Of a stretch of 64,000 nucleotides of DNA, positions 1-9,984 are shown one piece after another. Position 1 is the first letter of the stretch. Each line of letters starts with the position of its first letter. The notes below the pieces were generated by a model. It was not told the origin of the DNA. It worked only from the letters and a program-made list of their open reading frames with translations, and did no database searches. The stretch is from assembly GCA_046484245.1 (NCBI GenBank), contig JAWOBN010000081.1, positions 320 to 64,319 of the forward strand, written 5' to 3'. The stretch is from a bacterium. Its GTDB lineage: Bacteria > Hydrothermota > 32-111. The position numbers were made by a program, and so were the translations under genes.

Positions 1-164
1 GGAGTGGAAACCGCCCGGAAAGAACGGGAAATCGTAGGGGTTCAACAATTTGAACCCTGACTCAAGTTACAAGAAACAAGAAAATGCGGGGGAGCACCAT
101 AAGGTGAATACCCATGGGAATGAAACACTGTGCTGGCGGGCTTTCAAAAACTTCAAATACTCCC

Positions 165-193
165 TTGACATTTTATTGTAATATAATAATATA
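165..193 (+). promoter_or_regulatory. Candidate sigma70-type promoter for the ferredoxin gene. TTGACA lies at 165-170, followed by an AT-rich TAATAT/TATAAT-like -10 about 16-17 nt downstream.
   Basis: TTGACA and TATAAT-like hexamers read directly upstream of the ATG at 225. A purine-rich AAAGGGG Shine-Dalgarno sequence lies at 214-220. Confidence 0.4.
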
Positions 194-224
194 ACTTAAG
201 ATTAAACTTAACAAAGGGGTAATA

Positions 225-413
225 ATGAAAGTAACAGTTATTGAAGACAAATGCATTGGATGCGGTGTCTGTGTAAACAGCTGCCCTGAGGTCTTTGAAA
301 TGGATGAAGAGACCAATAAGGCAATTATTCTTGAGGATGCAGACTTTGATTCATGTGACCTTGATGAAGCAATTGACAACTGCCCGACAGATGCAATTGA
401 AGAGGTTGACTAA
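225..413 (+). CDS. Small 4Fe-4S ferredoxin (62 aa)
   Basis: CIGCGVCVNSCP cluster-binding motif plus a distal C..DNCP motif. The size and acidic composition are typical of small clostridial or archaeal-type ferredoxins. Confidence 0.85.
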   Translation: MKVTVIEDKCIGCGVCVNSCPEVFEMDEETNKAIILEDADFDSCDLDEAIDNCPTDAIEEVD

Positions 414-432
414 ACTACTTTCTGAAATCTAT

Positions 433-1065
433 GTGAGGAAGCCCGGTTTTACCGGGCTTCTTCTGTTTTGTATTATACCCCTCTTTATTTTTCCCTCAGT
501 CAGAGAACAGATAGATGCCAATTATCAGTTTGACAACATCAGTTTTTTCTATTATAAGACAATTACTGATACCAATGATGTTGAACTGGGCAGAGTGACA
601 GGCAAGGTGTATCATAGCCCCGATTCCACTGTATCCTATTTCAGGTCTGACAGCCACATGTATAAGATGCTGCATAAAGGGAATACATTCACTGTTATAA
701 AGGACATGGACCAGGTAGAAAAGAGACGCGCTGACAAGCTGCCTTTTGAACTGGATATCATCTCCCTTGTCAATCCGCTGAGCAGATTGTCCGGTGAAGA
801 GGAGATCCGCATTGATTCATCTGCTTCCCTTTACAGTCTGCCCGGTAAAGTCAATACGGATTCCATTGCCCTGTTTACAGACAGTATTCTCCGAATTGAT
901 TCTGTCTATTTCTACAAGGGCAGCAGTATTATTGCAAAGAATATATACAGGCGGTTCCGCGGTTATTTTCCCCTCAATGTGATCTCTTATGATTATCAGA
1001 AAAATATCAAGGAAACAATCATTCATTACAATATTTTACTTGACAAAAATACACACGATGAGTAA
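433..1065 (+). CDS. Hypothetical secreted or membrane protein, with a GTG start chosen so as not to overlap the ferredoxin
   Basis: The ORF 295-1065 overlaps the ferredoxin gene out of frame. An in-frame GTG at 433 yields an N-terminus VRKPGFTGLLLFCIIPLFIFPSV that resembles a signal peptide or TM helix. I recognise no domain. Confidence 0.4.
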   Translation: MRKPGFTGLLLFCIIPLFIFPSVREQIDANYQFDNISFFYYKTITDTNDVELGRVTGKVYHSPDSTVSYFRSDSHMYKMLHKGNTFTVIKDMDQVEKRRADKLPFELDIISLVNPLSRLSGEEEIRIDSSASLYSLPGKVNTDSIALFTDSILRIDSVYFYKGSSIIAKNIYRRFRGYFPLNVISYDYQKNIKETIIHYNILLDKNTHDE

Positions 1066-1096
1066 TATCAATATTAAAGATACAAAAGGAGGACGG

Positions 1097-1285
1097 ATGA
1101 AGAAATTAATGGTCATTTTAACAATCACTGCTCTGTTTTGTGCAATAGCTCTATCAGCAGTCACACTGAGTTTTACAAGTAAATTATGCTGCTGCGGAGA
1201 CACCTATTACCTAACAGGTCCGGCAACATATACAGTGGATGTTTCACCATACAATACATCAGCAATAAATCTTATACATGAATAG
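1097..1285 (+). CDS. Small hypothetical exported protein (62 aa) with a Cys-rich stretch
   Basis: AGGAGG Shine-Dalgarno sequence at 1088-1093 followed by ATG at 1097. N-terminus MKKLMVILTITALFCAIALSA is signal-peptide-like. Contains a CCCG motif. Confidence 0.4.
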   Translation: MKKLMVILTITALFCAIALSAVTLSFTSKLCCCGDTYYLTGPATYTVDVSPYNTSAINLIHE

Positions 1286-2015
1286 AAGAATATTCATATT
1301 CTTCTTTCTGTTCATCTCTCTTATTATTACAGCCGGGCAGTATCACAATCCGGCTGTTTATCTTGATGAACTGGAAGGTTATAAACTGGTATATTCAAAA
1401 TTGCTCACAATGGAGAGTAATGCTCAGAGAATGATCATTACGGAATACACGGACAATGTGAATGACAGGAAGAGGATAGACATGAAGACAGGCCCGGGCG
1501 GAAACTTCTCAATTATTATCAATCCGGATTCTGTATTTGTCGTATATGAGGCAGGCAATACTTATTTTACAATGGAGAGAGAACAGGATGAACTCCTCTT
1601 CGCCCTCTTCAAGCTGAATATGTTTCAATCCCTTAACATGGCAGGCAATCTGCCTGATTCATTCATAGTATCAAGTGAAGATAATAATAATGGCGCGACT
1701 GTAAGATATTCAATGAAAATGGATACACTGGTCTCATTCCTTGAGGTGGATATGTCCCAAGACAGTTTCATTAAGGCAATACGGATACTTGATTTAACCG
1801 GACAAACGGTTTCAGAGAATATATTCAGGGGTTACAGTAATAATATACCGCACAATATCACCAATACGATATCAGTTGACGGTTATTCTTATAAAGAGAC
1901 AATGCTTATATCGCAGTTTGATGATTCTTTTCTGCCTTCAGATTCATTATTTGAATTTGACAGAAAAGGTATGGCTGAGAGGGATTTTGGTGAATTGCTC
2001 AATGCTGTTCAATAG
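1278..2015 (+). CDS. Hypothetical exported protein (245 aa)
   Basis: The ORF has a hydrophobic N-terminus MNRRIFIFFFLFISLIITAG. I recognise no catalytic motifs. Confidence 0.45.
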   Translation: MNRRIFIFFFLFISLIITAGQYHNPAVYLDELEGYKLVYSKLLTMESNAQRMIITEYTDNVNDRKRIDMKTGPGGNFSIIINPDSVFVVYEAGNTYFTMEREQDELLFALFKLNMFQSLNMAGNLPDSFIVSSEDNNNGATVRYSMKMDTLVSFLEVDMSQDSFIKAIRILDLTGQTVSENIFRGYSNNIPHNITNTISVDGYSYKETMLISQFDDSFLPSDSLFEFDRKGMAERDFGELLNAVQ

Positions 2016-2017
2016 AT

Positions 2018-2089
2018 GCGGGTGTAACTCAATGGTAGAGTGTCAGCTTCCCAAGCTGAAAGTTGCGGGTTCAAGTCCCGTTGCCCGCT
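2018..2089 (+). tRNA. tRNA-Gly (anticodon CCC)
   Basis: Cloverleaf folded by hand. Acceptor GCGGGTG pairs with TGCCCGC using wobble pairs. Anticodon stem CAGCT/AGCTG carries loop TTCCCAA. T-arm GCGGG-TTCAAGT-CCCGT. Confidence 0.8.
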
Positions 2090-2163
2090 CTTTACAAAAT
2101 TAAATCATTGACAAGGATAATGAAAGGTATATAATATTATTAAATTCAATTGGAGGTGGATTA

Positions 2164-2409
2164 ATGAAAAAGTATGCAGTAATCTTAATGCTTATGCTTT
2201 TTGTAAGTTCCATTCTGATCACAGGTTGTGGTCCGAAGCAGGCATCAGAGCAAACACTCGCTGAACTGGAAGAGCTGAGAGAAGCAGCTGATCAGGCAGA
2301 GGCGGAAGCCAAAGAGTGTGCTACGAAGTCGCAGGAATATGAAAAGATGATAGGTGAACTTGAGGAAGAGATTGAAAACCTCAAGAATGAAATCAAAAAA
2401 TACAAATAA
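2164..2409 (+). CDS. Small coiled-coil lipoprotein (81 aa)
   Basis: Signal peptide ending in the lipobox LITGC. The rest is E/A/K-rich heptad-like sequence. Confidence 0.6.
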   Translation: MKKYAVILMLMLFVSSILITGCGPKQASEQTLAELEELREAADQAEAEAKECATKSQEYEKMIGELEEEIENLKNEIKKYK

Positions 2410-2419
2410 GGAGTTAGTA

Positions 2420-2842
2420 ATGAAGACAAAGAGTTTAATAATTTCATTACTAATGGTTCTTCTTGCAGTATCTGTTTTTGCACAGGATGTACTGACAGAA
2501 GAAGAAGCACTTGAAGCAATTGAAATGCAGACAGCAAGGCTTGAAGAAGCCCAGATGAAGCTTAATGAGTGCAACCCGGTAATGGAGGAACTTGAAGCAC
2601 GTTATAATGAACTGCTCGCCCAGAGAGATGAATTGAAAGCAGAACTTGAGAATCTCAAGGCAACACGCGGCTGGTACACAGTGAAACGCGGTGACTGGCT
2701 CAGCAAATTAGCCGAGTATCCGCAGGTTTACGGTAAAGGTAACTGGAATAGATGGCCTGAGATCTACAGAGCAAATAAAAAGCTCATCAAGGATCCCAAT
2801 CTGATTCTACCCAAGTGGGAACTCAAGATTCCGAGACCCTGA
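2420..2842 (+). CDS. Secreted coiled-coil protein with a C-terminal LysM domain
   Basis: GGAG Shine-Dalgarno sequence before the ATG at 2420. Signal peptide MKTKSLIISLLMVLLAVSVFA. The C-terminal motif GWYTVKRGDWLSKLAEY...IYRANKKLIKDPNLILPKWELKIP is a LysM-like peptidoglycan-binding motif. Confidence 0.6.
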   Translation: MKTKSLIISLLMVLLAVSVFAQDVLTEEEALEAIEMQTARLEEAQMKLNECNPVMEELEARYNELLAQRDELKAELENLKATRGWYTVKRGDWLSKLAEYPQVYGKGNWNRWPEIYRANKKLIKDPNLILPKWELKIPRP

Positions 2843-2869
2843 ACAGAATAAAAGTATCAAAAACAGCAG

Positions 2870-2910
2870 AATGGTTTTGGGGCTATAAGCCTCAAGACCA
2901 TTTTTGTTTT
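2870..2910 (+). terminator. Candidate rho-independent terminator after the LysM gene
   Basis: Imperfect hairpin AATGGTTTTGGGGC...GCCTCAAGACCATT followed by TTTTTGTTTT. Confidence 0.4.
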
Positions 2911-2930
2911 ATTTAATAAGAAAAAAATAT

Positions 2931-3848
2931 ATGATATCCCTCAAAACAGAGAAGTTTTTAAAAGAACATCCTGACTATGCCGGTCTTATACTATCCAATC
3001 TTCACGGCAGAATTGTTGTTGATGATGAGCGCATGGAATTTGACGGCAATAGTGCTCAGGAGAAGGAATTGGAATCAATTGTCGGCAAGCTCAGCAGAAT
3101 AGAGGAAGAGAAAGGGCATATAGAGAGAGCTGATGTGATAGAAACAGTATCTGCTGAAAAGAACAGTCACAGCAAAAGCGGGGATGTATATGAATTCCCC
3201 AAGAAGATGATAAAAGCCCGCACATCAGGTCAGAAGAAGTATATTGACCTTCTCAATGACAATGAACTTGTCATCAGTATCGGGCCTGCGGGAACAGGAA
3301 AGACATATCTTGCTGTGGCAAAGGCACTGGATTCACTGCTCAACAGAAGGATGAAGAAGATAATTCTCACGAGGCCTGCAGTTGAGGCGGGCGAAAGCCT
3401 CGGTTTTTTGCCCGGTGACATGAAAGAGAAGGTTGACCCCTATCTCAGACCACTCTATGATGCACTGTACTCCATGATGGAGAGAGACAGGGTTGAGAGA
3501 TATATTGCAGAGGAGATCATTGAGATTGCACCCCTTGCATATATGAGGGGACGCACTCTTTCAGACAGCTATCTGATTCTTGATGAGGCACAGAATACGA
3601 CATCCAAACAGATGAAGATGTTTATTACAAGAATGGGTATGAATTCAAGGACAATTATAACAGGAGATATTACGCAAATTGACCTGAAGATACATGAAAG
3701 ATCCGGACTTATTGAATTAATGGATCTGACAAGGAATCTGCCGGATGTGGGGATTGTCAGATTGACAACGGATGATGTTGTGAGACATCCGCTTGTAAAA
3801 CGCATAATAAATGCATATTTGGAGAAAAATGATAAAGAAGATAACTAG
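2931..3848 (+). CDS. phoH: PhoH-like ATPase (PhoH/YbeZ family)
   Basis: Walker A motif GPAGTGKTYLAVA and a Walker B-like ILDEAQN. PhoH-family length and the conserved linkage to ybeY. The track start at 2904 is a TTG, so the first ATG at 2931 is used. Confidence 0.85.
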   Translation: MISLKTEKFLKEHPDYAGLILSNLHGRIVVDDERMEFDGNSAQEKELESIVGKLSRIEEEKGHIERADVIETVSAEKNSHSKSGDVYEFPKKMIKARTSGQKKYIDLLNDNELVISIGPAGTGKTYLAVAKALDSLLNRRMKKIILTRPAVEAGESLGFLPGDMKEKVDPYLRPLYDALYSMMERDRVERYIAEEIIEIAPLAYMRGRTLSDSYLILDEAQNTTSKQMKMFITRMGMNSRTIITGDITQIDLKIHERSGLIELMDLTRNLPDVGIVRLTTDDVVRHPLVKRIINAYLEKNDKEDN

Positions 3849-5958
3849 TAATCTGACTGATATTGTACTGGTAATAATCATCATAGCAGTATTCAATATA
3901 TTCTTCCCTTACAATGTTTCCAATTTGCCTGAACTGCAGAAAGGCGATATAGCACCAAAGGATATTGTTGCACCATTCACATTCCCCATATTGAAAAACG
4001 AGAATGTGCTGGAAGAGGAGAGACAGGATGCATACAACAGTGTCCCGCCTGTACTCAATTATGATGAGACCAGAACAGAGAGGATAAAGAATGAATACAA
4101 GATGCTTTCGGGATTCGTAGATTCACTGAAGAATTCCGTGAAAGATTCCGGGAAGAGGGAAGAGCTGTTTGCCCGGAGATATCCGGAGCTCTCTTCTGAA
4201 ATAAGAAAATTGCTCTTGTCAAACAGAAGCAGCTTCCTTCTTGACAATACTTATAATATATTTTCTGAGGTGCTTGAAGTGGGTATTATTTCCGCAAAAG
4301 ATGAAATACCATTCGGCAAAGAGAAGAAGATAATGCTGAAGAGAGGGGATAATGAAGAAGAATTGTCTGCAAGTGATATATATGAAAAAGACGAAGCAAT
4401 CAATAAAATTAAAGAGAGTATTATAAAATCTTTCTCATCCAATTCATTCCTTCTTAAATACGGCATTGAACTGTCCCAGTATTTCCTCAGATCCAATATA
4501 GAGATAGACAATAAGGAGACACAGTCAAGAAGGGAAAAAGCGAGCAGGGAAGTGCCTGAAACAGTAGGCATGGTTCTGGAGGGTGAGATTGTCGTGCGGG
4601 CTCATGACATTGTTGACCAGCCGACTGCTGATAAATTAAGGTCATTGAAAACAGAGAGGGAGAAGACCAATACGCCTGTTAATGAAACATTGAGAATCCT
4701 TATCAAGAATCTTATATTTGTTGTTATTCTAATTCTCTATTTCATATTCATTAATTCATATTTCAAGAAACTCAATATAAAAATCAAGGACAAGATATTC
4801 ATTGCATCTGTTGTCATGCTCAATCTTGTTGTTTACAGTGTTTTCTATCAATTTGTTTCAGTGGAGTATCTCATACCGGTGATTCTCGCCGCTGCCGTGT
4901 TCTCGCTTGTCTATTCGCGCACATTTGCTCTGGTCACGACAGTGTTCATTACAGGTTTTCTCCTGATATACTCGGGATTGAGGCTGCATGGCCTGCTTGC
5001 CCTTATTATTACTGCAATATATACAATATATATGATAAGAACAGTTGACAAAAGGGCGCAGTTCCTCAATGTAATACTTAAAATAGGTGCAATCATACTC
5101 TTCTTTACTGTATGCATAGGCATTTACAGAGAGGCAACCCTGATGAATATCATATACAATTCTCTTACAGGGGTTTCCAATATTGTTGTGTCAATTATTC
5201 TTGTGATGCTTATACTGCCTGTCATTGAAAAGCCATTGGGAAGAATATCCAATATTACACTGCTTGAATTATCTGATCTCAATAATCCCCTCCTGAAGCT
5301 TGTGGCTGAGAATGCTTCAGGCACATTCCATCATTCACTTATAGTGAGCAATATGTCCGAATCAGCTGCAAAGGCAGTGGATGCCAATGAGCTGATGGCA
5401 AGGATAGGGGCATATTATCATGACATAGGAAAGACATTGAAGCCGGATTATTTTATTGAAAATCAAGGCAGGGAATCCAATCCACACGAATCACTCCCGC
5501 CTGAACTCTCTGCGGAGATAATAAGAGACCATGTTATCAATGGCATTGAAATAGCCGAGAAGAACAGACTGCCTGAACAGATTGTGAGGTTTATCAGAAC
5601 CCATCATGGTGATTCGCTTATTGATTATTTCTATGACAAGGCTGTTGAGAAGAAGAGTGATGTCAATGCTGAGAAATTCAGATATCCGGGACCGCCTCCC
5701 AGAACCAAGGAGGAGACAATTGTAATGCTGGCTGATTCATCCGAAGCTGCTGTTAAGAGTATTCCGAAAAAGGATGAAGGCGAGATACGGAAAATGATTG
5801 AATACATATTCAAAAAGAAACTCAATGAGAATCAGATGAGGGATTCCGAATTGTCCATCAAGGAAATCAATACAGTGAGGGAAATATTTATCCGCATACT
5901 GGAATCCGTATATCACGCCCGTGTGGAGTATAAAGAGAAGAATGTTGAACAGGATTAA
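3829..5958 (+). CDS. 7TM receptor with intracellular HD hydrolase domain (YqfF/7TMR-HD family)
   Basis: A multi-TM core precedes a C-terminal HD motif (HHSLIVSN...YYHDIGK). The position between phoH and ybeY is the conserved context for this family. Confidence 0.8.
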   Translation: MIKKITSNLTDIVLVIIIIAVFNIFFPYNVSNLPELQKGDIAPKDIVAPFTFPILKNENVLEEERQDAYNSVPPVLNYDETRTERIKNEYKMLSGFVDSLKNSVKDSGKREELFARRYPELSSEIRKLLLSNRSSFLLDNTYNIFSEVLEVGIISAKDEIPFGKEKKIMLKRGDNEEELSASDIYEKDEAINKIKESIIKSFSSNSFLLKYGIELSQYFLRSNIEIDNKETQSRREKASREVPETVGMVLEGEIVVRAHDIVDQPTADKLRSLKTEREKTNTPVNETLRILIKNLIFVVILILYFIFINSYFKKLNIKIKDKIFIASVVMLNLVVYSVFYQFVSVEYLIPVILAAAVFSLVYSRTFALVTTVFITGFLLIYSGLRLHGLLALIITAIYTIYMIRTVDKRAQFLNVILKIGAIILFFTVCIGIYREATLMNIIYNSLTGVSNIVVSIILVMLILPVIEKPLGRISNITLLELSDLNNPLLKLVAENASGTFHHSLIVSNMSESAAKAVDANELMARIGAYYHDIGKTLKPDYFIENQGRESNPHESLPPELSAEIIRDHVINGIEIAEKNRLPEQIVRFIRTHHGDSLIDYFYDKAVEKKSDVNAEKFRYPGPPPRTKEETIVMLADSSEAAVKSIPKKDEGEIRKMIEYIFKKKLNENQMRDSELSIKEINTVREIFIRILESVYHARVEYKEKNVEQD

Positions 5959-5968
5959 TACTGTTAAT

Positions 5969-6355
5969 ATGAGTGATGAATTATCCTCACTTACTGTCAG
6001 TACAGCAGAGAAAATACTTGCTGATAATAATATACTCGGGAGTGAGGTTAATATCATTGTCACTGACCCCGGAGAGATGTCGGGGCTCAATTATCAATTC
6101 AGGCATAAAGAGGGATGCACAGATGTCATCACTTTTTGCATGAGAGAGGGGGTTAATCCCCAGTATTCCCGCAATATGCTGGGAGATATTTATATCTGCC
6201 CCGAGTGTTTTGATGACCCTTCCGGCTCCTTCCTGAGAAGAGTAATTCACGGCATGCTTCATCTTCTCGGTTATGATCACAATGATTCGGACAGGGAGGC
6301 ATTCCTCAGATTGGAGAACAGTTATATGAACAGTATCGGGGGATCAAAACAGTGA
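5969..6355 (+). CDS. ybeY: Endoribonuclease YbeY
   Basis: HGMLHLLGYDH zinc-binding H3xH5xH motif. About 128 aa when started at the ATG at 5969. Confidence 0.85.
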   Translation: MSDELSSLTVSTAEKILADNNILGSEVNIIVTDPGEMSGLNYQFRHKEGCTDVITFCMREGVNPQYSRNMLGDIYICPECFDDPSGSFLRRVIHGMLHLLGYDHNDSDREAFLRLENSYMNSIGGSKQ

Positions 6356-7317
6356 TTCTTGAATTACTGCTGCTTGTAATACTCATATCATTTTCATTTC
6401 TGATATCCGGAACAGAGACAGCATTCTTTTCACTAACTGAAGTTGAGATAAGACGTATTGGCAGAACAAGACCCCGGCTGAAAAAACTGGTCTTCAATCT
6501 GTACAATGAAAGAACTTCGTTTCTCATAGCATTGCTTTTCCTCAATACATTCGTCAATGTGTTTTTTGTATCATTGTTCAATATCCTGCTGAAGAATGCC
6601 GGTTTCATATTCAGGGGTTCGGATATTGTTTCAGTGATAATCATCACACTGGTATTACTGATAATGGGGGAGATCACACCCAAGATCATTGCAGTTTACA
6701 GGACTTCATTCTATATTTCAATTCTGCCATTCACATATATCCTCTATCTCGGAGTACGGTTCTTTTCCAGGTCAATGGCTTACCTGCTGATGCTTGTGAC
6801 AGGTGACAGGCATTCCGGCGAACTTGATGAAAATGAACTGAAGGAACTGCTCAGACTGATAAAAGAGAGGGACCTGTCAATAAAGAACGAGGTGATTCTG
6901 CTTGAAAAATATCTCTATTTGAAGAACCTCAAAGCCGGTGATCTCAGTGTGCCCAGAGAGAATATTGAATATATTGACAGGGAAGCGGGCTTTGAGGATG
7001 TGACCGAGAATTTCAGGAAGAACAGATTCTCGCGTCTTCCTGTTATCAATAAAGAAATTGACAATATAATAGGAATGATATATTTCAAGGACATGATATT
7101 CCTTGAGCAGAATACTTCAATAAAGGGGATAATAAGAGAGGTGCATTTCATCAATCCTGAGATAAAGGTATTCAAGCTCCTCTCCTTCTTTCTGAAAAAC
7201 CGCATTCATATTGCTGTACTGAGGGATGGGAATAACAAAACAACCGGCATTATCACACTCACGGATATTATTGAGAAATTGCTTGGCACTCTGCCTGATG
7301 ACAGGGGGATGGAATGA
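6352..7317 (+). CDS. DUF21 (CNNM) transmembrane domain plus CBS pair protein, lacking the CorC/HlyC C-terminal domain
   Basis: N-terminal hydrophobic DUF21-like region followed by tandem CBS-like segments. The gene overlaps ybeY by 4 nt. Confidence 0.7.
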   Translation: MILELLLLVILISFSFLISGTETAFFSLTEVEIRRIGRTRPRLKKLVFNLYNERTSFLIALLFLNTFVNVFFVSLFNILLKNAGFIFRGSDIVSVIIITLVLLIMGEITPKIIAVYRTSFYISILPFTYILYLGVRFFSRSMAYLLMLVTGDRHSGELDENELKELLRLIKERDLSIKNEVILLEKYLYLKNLKAGDLSVPRENIEYIDREAGFEDVTENFRKNRFSRLPVINKEIDNIIGMIYFKDMIFLEQNTSIKGIIREVHFINPEIKVFKLLSFFLKNRIHIAVLRDGNNKTTGIITLTDIIEKLLGTLPDDRGME

Positions 7318-8552
7318 TACTGCTGATTGCATCTGCACTGATTCTTCTGATGTTCTCCTTCTTTTTCACTTCAAGTGAAATGGCATTTGTCGCCTCAAGC
7401 AAACTCATTACACTGGTAAAGCACAAGGAGAACAAATGGTTTGACCTGCTGTACAGGCTGCTCTCAAAACCGGAGATCTATCTCTATACTGTTCTTGTCG
7501 GGAATAATCTTGCCAATGCACTCATAACAATAATACTGGGGAATGCTTTTCTCGCAGGAAGAGGTGTGGGCAATTCATTTTTCTTTTCGCTCATTCTCTC
7601 ACTCATTGTGCTGATTGTCGGCGAGATAATCCCCAAGACAATTACAAAGGAGAATCCGGAGAATTATGCTGTAATTTACGCTCCATTCATAAGATTCTTC
7701 TACTATCTCTTCCTTCCCATCATTTTCATATCCACATCACTCTCGGAGATACTGTTTCATTTTGCAAAGATAAAGGACAAGGAATTCACTGTGCCCAGAT
7801 TGACAAAGAGCGATCTGTATTATTTTGTGAAGGGGCATGCAGCCGAAAGGGAGACAACAAGGGAAGAGGAGCGTATTATAAGCGGTATTTTTGAATTCAG
7901 GGAGAAGACAGTTGTTGAGATAATGGTGCCCAAGCCCGAGATATTCATGATAAGCAGGGGTTTTGATTTTGACGGACTGAAGAGGGAGATGTTTGATGAG
8001 GAGAAGATATACACGAGAATACCCGTCTATTCCCCTGAGGATGATGCTGTGACGGGAATACTCAATATAAATGATTTCATTATTGACCGTGATAAGATAA
8101 TTGATGATATAATCAGTGAACCGTTCTTTGCACCTGAGACAATATCCCTGAGCTATCTTCTTGCTGATATGAGAAAGAGGAATGAACACATGAGCATCAT
8201 TGTTGATGAATACGGCAGTCTGGTCGGGCTTGTGACACTGGAGGATATTGTTGAGGAGCTTATCGGGGATATAGAAGATGAATACGACCCGCAGTCGGAG
8301 AATGATTTTGAAAGGGGAAAACTCATTGTAAGCGGTGAAATGAGGGTTGAAGATATCAATGAAATGTATATAATCAATCTGCCGGAGAATAATGCTTATG
8401 AGACAATAGCAGGCCTTATAATGTACAGGACAGGCACTATACCTGAAGAGGGTAGTGAAATCAGAGCCGGGAATGACATTCTTCTCAGGGTGATCAGTAT
8501 GGACGGCAAGAAACCGGATAAAATTGAACTGATAAGAGAGGACAGAGAATGA
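7314..8552 (+). CDS. Hemolysin C/CorC-family protein (DUF21-CBS-CorC_HlyC)
   Basis: DUF21 TM region, a CBS pair and a C-terminal transporter-associated (CorC_HlyC-like) domain. Paralogue of the preceding gene. Confidence 0.75.
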   Translation: MILLIASALILLMFSFFFTSSEMAFVASSKLITLVKHKENKWFDLLYRLLSKPEIYLYTVLVGNNLANALITIILGNAFLAGRGVGNSFFFSLILSLIVLIVGEIIPKTITKENPENYAVIYAPFIRFFYYLFLPIIFISTSLSEILFHFAKIKDKEFTVPRLTKSDLYYFVKGHAAERETTREEERIISGIFEFREKTVVEIMVPKPEIFMISRGFDFDGLKREMFDEEKIYTRIPVYSPEDDAVTGILNINDFIIDRDKIIDDIISEPFFAPETISLSYLLADMRKRNEHMSIIVDEYGSLVGLVTLEDIVEELIGDIEDEYDPQSENDFERGKLIVSGEMRVEDINEMYIINLPENNAYETIAGLIMYRTGTIPEEGSEIRAGNDILLRVISMDGKKPDKIELIREDRE

Positions 8553-9397
8553 AATTGAGGATGTCAAGAGACATAATTCTCATATCTGCGGGAATACTTA
8601 TAACTTCTGCTTCCTATGCTTTTTTTATTGTACCCGCCAAACTTATACCCGGCGGTATTTCCGGCATATCCATTATACTGCATCATCTCTTTCAAACCCC
8701 ATTCGGCATTGTGATGCTTGTGATTAATATCCCGCTTCTTATAGCAGGCATAAAGGTCTTCGGCAGGATGTTCGGCATCAGGACAGTGATTGCGACAATT
8801 GCCGTATCCTTTGTGACAGACGGTTTTGCATATTTCTTCAAACCCCTTGTTTTTGATAATAACAACCTGCTGCTCTCATCAGTTTACGGCGGCGCATTCC
8901 TCGGCATTGGTCTGGGCCTGATATTCAAGGGCAGGGGCTCTACAGGCGGCTCTGATGTAGTGGGAAGAATAATGAACAGATACACATCACTCTCTGTCGG
9001 CTATTCAATACTCCTTGTTGATGCTGTTATCATAATACTCTCCGGATTTGTATTCAAGAACTATGAATTGATACTCTACTCATTCATCACCCTCTTTCTG
9101 TCATCCAAGGCAATTGATATTATTCTTGAAGGCAGGGATTATGCAAGGGGTGTAATGATATTCACCAGTAAACCGGAAGTGATTGCCAATGCGATACTTG
9201 AAGAGATGAACAGGGGTGTGACAGGCCTGATGAGCAGGGGTATGTACACAATGAAAGAGAGAACAACACTCTACTGTGTTGTCTCCAGAAGGGAGATAGC
9301 GCGCCTGACCGATATTGTGCGTAGTAATGACGAGGATGCCTTTATTGTAGTTGAGAATGTCTATGAGGTTTTGGGCAGGGGGTTCAGGAGACGATGA
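8549..9397 (+). CDS. YitT-family membrane protein (DUF161 plus DUF2179)
   Basis: Multipass membrane N-terminal region with a soluble C-terminal domain, typical of YitT/YqfU-like proteins. Confidence 0.65.
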   Translation: MKLRMSRDIILISAGILITSASYAFFIVPAKLIPGGISGISIILHHLFQTPFGIVMLVINIPLLIAGIKVFGRMFGIRTVIATIAVSFVTDGFAYFFKPLVFDNNNLLLSSVYGGAFLGIGLGLIFKGRGSTGGSDVVGRIMNRYTSLSVGYSILLVDAVIIILSGFVFKNYELILYSFITLFLSSKAIDIILEGRDYARGVMIFTSKPEVIANAILEEMNRGVTGLMSRGMYTMKERTTLYCVVSRREIARLTDIVRSNDEDAFIVVENVYEVLGRGFRRR

Positions 9398-9984
9398 AAG
9401 CAGGATACAGGAATACTGAGGCTATTATACTGAAGAAATACAGATACTCCGAGACAAGTGCAATTGTCAAGATGCTTGCTGAGGATACGGGACGGCTTGA
9501 CTGTATTGCCAACGGGCTCTACAGAAAGCACCGCAGATTCAATGCACCTCTTGAATCACTGGGAAACTGCACTATAAGATATTTTTACAAGCCCAATAAA
9601 AACCTCTACAGACTGATATCCGCTGACCAGATACATTATCCCTTCAGTATTACGGAGAATTATGAGAAATACAGATTCTCGCAGAAGATGATAAAGGTGA
9701 TTTACAGGTGGTCAGTCAGTTCTGATACAGTACCGGTTGTTTACAGTATGACGAAGAGAAGCATATATGAAATGGAGCGGACTGCCAGTCCGCAGCGTGT
9801 ATATATTAAATTCCTTCTTAATTTCATGATTGCCGAGGGTGTGCTGGACATACACTCCGGTGACAATGTCAATATGAGAAAACTCATTGCGGATATATTC
9901 AATGAGCGTCTGGGCAGGGATGACACAGACAGGTTTATCTTGAAACTGGAACAACATATGGAGAAATTGCTGCTTTATGTCTGA
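9394..9984 (+). CDS. recO: DNA repair protein RecO (short form)
   Basis: The N-terminal OB-fold sequence EAIILKKYRYSETSAIVKMLAEDTGRL is RecO-like. The position downstream of ybeY matches the Bacillus-like operon layout. Confidence 0.75.
   Translation: MKAGYRNTEAIILKKYRYSETSAIVKMLAEDTGRLDCIANGLYRKHRRFNAPLESLGNCTIRYFYKPNKNLYRLISADQIHYPFSITENYEKYRFSQKMIKVIYRWSVSSDTVPVVYSMTKRSIYEMERTASPQRVYIKFLLNFMIAEGVLDIHSGDNVNMRKLIADIFNERLGRDDTDRFILKLEQHMEKLLLYV

Noticed and set aside
60-165. Possible cobalamin riboswitch, from GGTGAA...GGGAA...CACTGTG fragments
   Set aside because: The order of elements does not match the B12-box arrangement (GGGAA before GGTG.AA.TCC, then CCCGC.ACTGT). The downstream gene is a ferredoxin, not a corrinoid-related gene.
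295-432. ATG at 295 as start of the 256-aa ORF
   Set aside because: It would overlap the ferredoxin gene out of frame by 119 nt. The in-frame GTG at 433 gives a signal-peptide-like N-terminus instead.
7737-8567. 276-aa minus-strand ORF
   Set aside because: Antisense shadow of the CorC-family gene. Low-complexity composition and no motifs.
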